Shown here: positions 61,830 to 64,000 of the stretch, one piece after another
Position numbering within the stretch: position 1 is the stretch's first letter
How the letters are laid out: every line of letters starts with the position of its first letter
Assembly (NCBI GenBank): GCA_965224245.1
Contig: OZ245046.1
Span: 4,128,001 to 4,192,000, forward strand
Reading direction: 5' to 3'
DNA from: Candidatus Eiseniibacteriota bacterium
Lineage (GTDB): Bacteria; Eisenbacteria; RBG-16-71-46; CAZAMP01
Length of the DNA stretch: 64,000 bases
Position numbers and translations under genes: made by a program
The notes under the pieces: generated by a model
What the model saw: only the letters and a program-made list of their open reading frames with translations
Databases searched by the model: none
What the model was told of the DNA's origin: nothing

Positions 61830-62777
61830 ATGCAGCGACTCGTCCCGATCCTCGTCGCGAGCGCCGTCCTCACCGGCACGAGCTTCGCCGGCCCACCCAT
61901 GGAGACCGAGTACCGCGTCACCTTCACGGCCACCTGGAGCGCGGACACCCATCCGATCGACTTCCCATCGAACGCGCACTTCTCGCCGATGATCGGCGTC
62001 ACGCACGACGACACGGTCGTCTTCTGGGAGGACGGCGGACTGGCCACTGATGGCATGGAGTCCATGGCCGAGACCGGTGCGACCGCCACCCTGAACGGCG
62101 AGTTCGGCTCGGCGGTGGCCGCCGGCCGTGCGGCCGGCATCTTCCTGGGGAGCACCTTCGACTCGCCCGGCGCACAGACCCTCACGTTCACGATCTCGCA
62201 GGATCATCCGCTGGTGACCCTCGTGTCGATGATGGCACCGAGCCCCGACTGGTTCGTCGGCGTGTCCGGCGTGTCACTGTTCGAGGACGGCGACTGGGTG
62301 CCGGTGAAGGCGTTCGAGCTGGTCGTGTGGGACGCGGGGACGGACAGCGGCGCCACGTTTACCGCACCGGACGACGACACCGATCCGCAGATCCCGATCG
62401 CCCACAAGGACGACTACGCGTTCGCGAACGGCTTGCCGGTGGGGTCGTTCGTGTTCGCGCGCACGTCGGTCGGCGTCGAGCCGGGCGCTCCCGGGGGCCC
62501 CCCCGTGGTGCTGTCGGCGCCCAGCCCCAATCCGATGCGAGCGTCGACGTCGTTCACGATCGCGACGACCGGCGCCTCTCCACGGGATGCACTCGTTCTC
62601 GACGTGCGGGGACGCGTCGTGCGCGATCTCGGCGCCGTCTTGACCGACGCTCCCACGCAGCGGCTCTCGTGGGACGGCCGCGACGGATCCGGTCGCCGGG
62701 TCGTGCCGGGCATCTACGTCGTCCGGATCGAGACGGGGGGCGCCTCGTTCGCGCAGAAGGTCGTCGTCGCGAACTGA
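61830..62777 (+). CDS. Spondin_N domain protein with FlgD-Ig CTD
   Basis: YRVTF.ATWS..THP..FP...HFSP; APSPDWFVG; WDAGTDSG; PNPM...WDGRD.SGRRV.PGIY. Confidence 0.9.
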   Translation: MQRLVPILVASAVLTGTSFAGPPMETEYRVTFTATWSADTHPIDFPSNAHFSPMIGVTHDDTVVFWEDGGLATDGMESMAETGATATLNGEFGSAVAAGRAAGIFLGSTFDSPGAQTLTFTISQDHPLVTLVSMMAPSPDWFVGVSGVSLFEDGDWVPVKAFELVVWDAGTDSGATFTAPDDDTDPQIPIAHKDDYAFANGLPVGSFVFARTSVGVEPGAPGGPPVVLSAPSPNPMRASTSFTIATTGASPRDALVLDVRGRVVRDLGAVLTDAPTQRLSWDGRDGSGRRVVPGIYVVRIETGGASFAQKVVVAN

Positions 62778-62810
62778 CGAGCGCTCGCGCGACGTCCGGC
62801 CGTGAGTTAG

Positions 62811-62993
62811 CCTGATCGCGTTCCCGAGCTCGCCCGCCGGGGGATCGCGATCGAGAGTCCGCCCACCAATCGGCCCTGGCGCTGGCGCGAGTCGATCCTG
62901 CGCGACCCCGACGGGACGCGTCTGTGCTTCTGCCACGCGGGTGAGAAGCGCCTCCATCCCCCCTGGCGCATCGCCGACGGAGACTCACGATGA
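62811..62993 (+). pseudogene. 5'-truncated VOC/glyoxalase family gene
   Basis: Manual translation: ...ELARRGIAIESPPTNRPWRWRESILRDPDGTRLCFCHAGEKRLHPPWRI...*. Preceded by in-frame TAG at 62808, with no ATG/GTG/TTG start; its stop overlaps the cupin ATG. Confidence 0.65.
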
Positions 62994-63382
62994 CGTCGAG
63001 TCCGATCAATCTGCGCGAGAAGCTCTCGCGCTTCGACGAGCACTGGACACCCCGGATCGTGGCCGAGCTGAACGGCCAGTACGTGAAGCTCGCCAAGGGC
63101 CTCGGCGATCTGGTCTGGCACGCACACGCCGACGAGGACGAGCTGTTCCTCGTGATCGAGGGGCGGCTCACGCTCGAGCTCCGGGAGGTCGACGCCGATG
63201 GACGGACCCACGAGCGAGCGGTCGATCTCGATCCCGGCGAGATGTTCGTCGTGCCGAGAGGCGTCGAGCACCGGCCGATCGCGCGCGAGGAGGTGCACAT
63301 CCTCCTGTTCGAGCCCACGTCCACCGCACACACCGGCGACGTCCGGAGTGATCAGACCGTCGAGACCCTCGACTGGATCTGA
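62990..63382 (+). CDS. cupin domain protein
   Basis: VWHAHADEDELFLV and GEMFVVPRGVEHRP. Confidence 0.9.
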   Translation: MTSSPINLREKLSRFDEHWTPRIVAELNGQYVKLAKGLGDLVWHAHADEDELFLVIEGRLTLELREVDADGRTHERAVDLDPGEMFVVPRGVEHRPIAREEVHILLFEPTSTAHTGDVRSDQTVETLDWI

Positions 63383-63466
63383 GACGGTGCCACGGAAGAC
63401 GCGCCCGTGGCGTGGTACCCTGAGACGACTCGCACGGCGACCCCGCGCCCCATCTCCGGAGGCACC

Positions 63467-64000
63467 ATGACGCACGGCATCGGAATCGCTCGTCCCGCTC
63501 TCGCGATCACCGCGATCGTGGTCGCCGCGACCATCACCTCCGCTCTGGCCGGGACCGCGCGTGCCGATTTCACGATCGATCTCGGGCGGGGGCCGGTGAC
63601 GGTGCACGAGCCGTCCGGATACGACGGCTCACCGACTCCGCTCGTGCTGCTGCTCCACGGCTACTCGGCCTCGGGATCGGCTCAGGAGAGCTACTTCGGG
63701 TTCCTGCCGATCCTCGACGAGTACGGGTTCTTCTATCTCTTCCCCGACGGTACGGTGGATGGGTTCGGCAACCGGTTCTGGAACGCCACTGATGCCTGCT
63801 GCGACTTCGGCGGCCTCATGCCCGACGATTCGGGCTACCTGCGTGCGCTCCTGGACGAGGTCATCGCCCAGCGCAACGTCGACCTCGATCGGGTGTACGT
63901 GATGGGCCACTCGAACGGCGGGTTCATGTCCTATCGGATGGCCTGCGACCACGCCGATCTCGTGGCCGCGATCATGAGCCTGGCCGGCGCGACGTTCGCC
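63467..64000 (+). CDS. secreted LpqC / PHB-depolymerase family esterase (runs off the window edge)
   Basis: Not in the ORF track. GGAGG RBS; signal peptide; PLVLLLHG; FWNATDACC; GHSNGGFMSYRMAC. Confidence 0.9.
   Translation, partial: MTHGIGIARPALAITAIVVAATITSALAGTARADFTIDLGRGPVTVHEPSGYDGSPTPLVLLLHGYSASGSAQESYFGFLPILDEYGFFYLFPDGTVDGFGNRFWNATDACCDFGGLMPDDSGYLRALLDEVIAQRNVDLDRVYVMGHSNGGFMSYRMACDHADLVAAIMSLAGATFA

Noticed and set aside
62775-62810. Stop-codon readthrough fusing the spondin-CTD protein to the VOC fragment
   Set aside because: It would need readthrough of both TGA and TAG, neither at a catalytic position, and would bury the CTD.

Overview
High-GC (about 70% by eye) bacterial DNA, densely coding. 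I saw no rRNA, tRNA, CRISPR array or transposase. The window is dominated by exported proteins. Twelve genes end in a FlgD-Ig / T9SS-CTD-like domain, one ends in PEP-CTERM, and four intact genes plus one remnant end in a short conserved tag, [VT]-P-[TVA]-x3-[ST]-W-x2-[IL]-[KR]-x2-[YW]. This mix suggests an FCB-group lineage such as Eisenbacteria, Krumholzibacteria or Latescibacteria (inference only). The clearest housekeeping genes are carA-carB and a gamma-glutamyltransferase. There are two ECF sigma + Ser/Thr kinase-TPR pairs and one ECF + anti-sigma pair. Top observations: (1) the recurrent C-terminal 'SW-IK-YR' tag on unrelated secreted proteins, a candidate undescribed sorting signal; (2) a redoxin split by an in-frame UGA in a U-x-x-C motif, followed by a SECIS-like hairpin, i.e. 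a probable exported selenoprotein that also carries the tag; (3) a shared promoter-like motif upstream of secreted-cargo genes, a candidate ECF-kinase regulon; (4) an FG-GAP + DD-carboxypeptidase + CTD fusion divergent from an integrin-beta-like vWA lipoprotein; (5) a small CTD protein paired with a self-chaperoning fibre; (6) a legumain-like protein with the catalytic Cys replaced by Ser. All family calls come from motif recognition by eye, not database searches.
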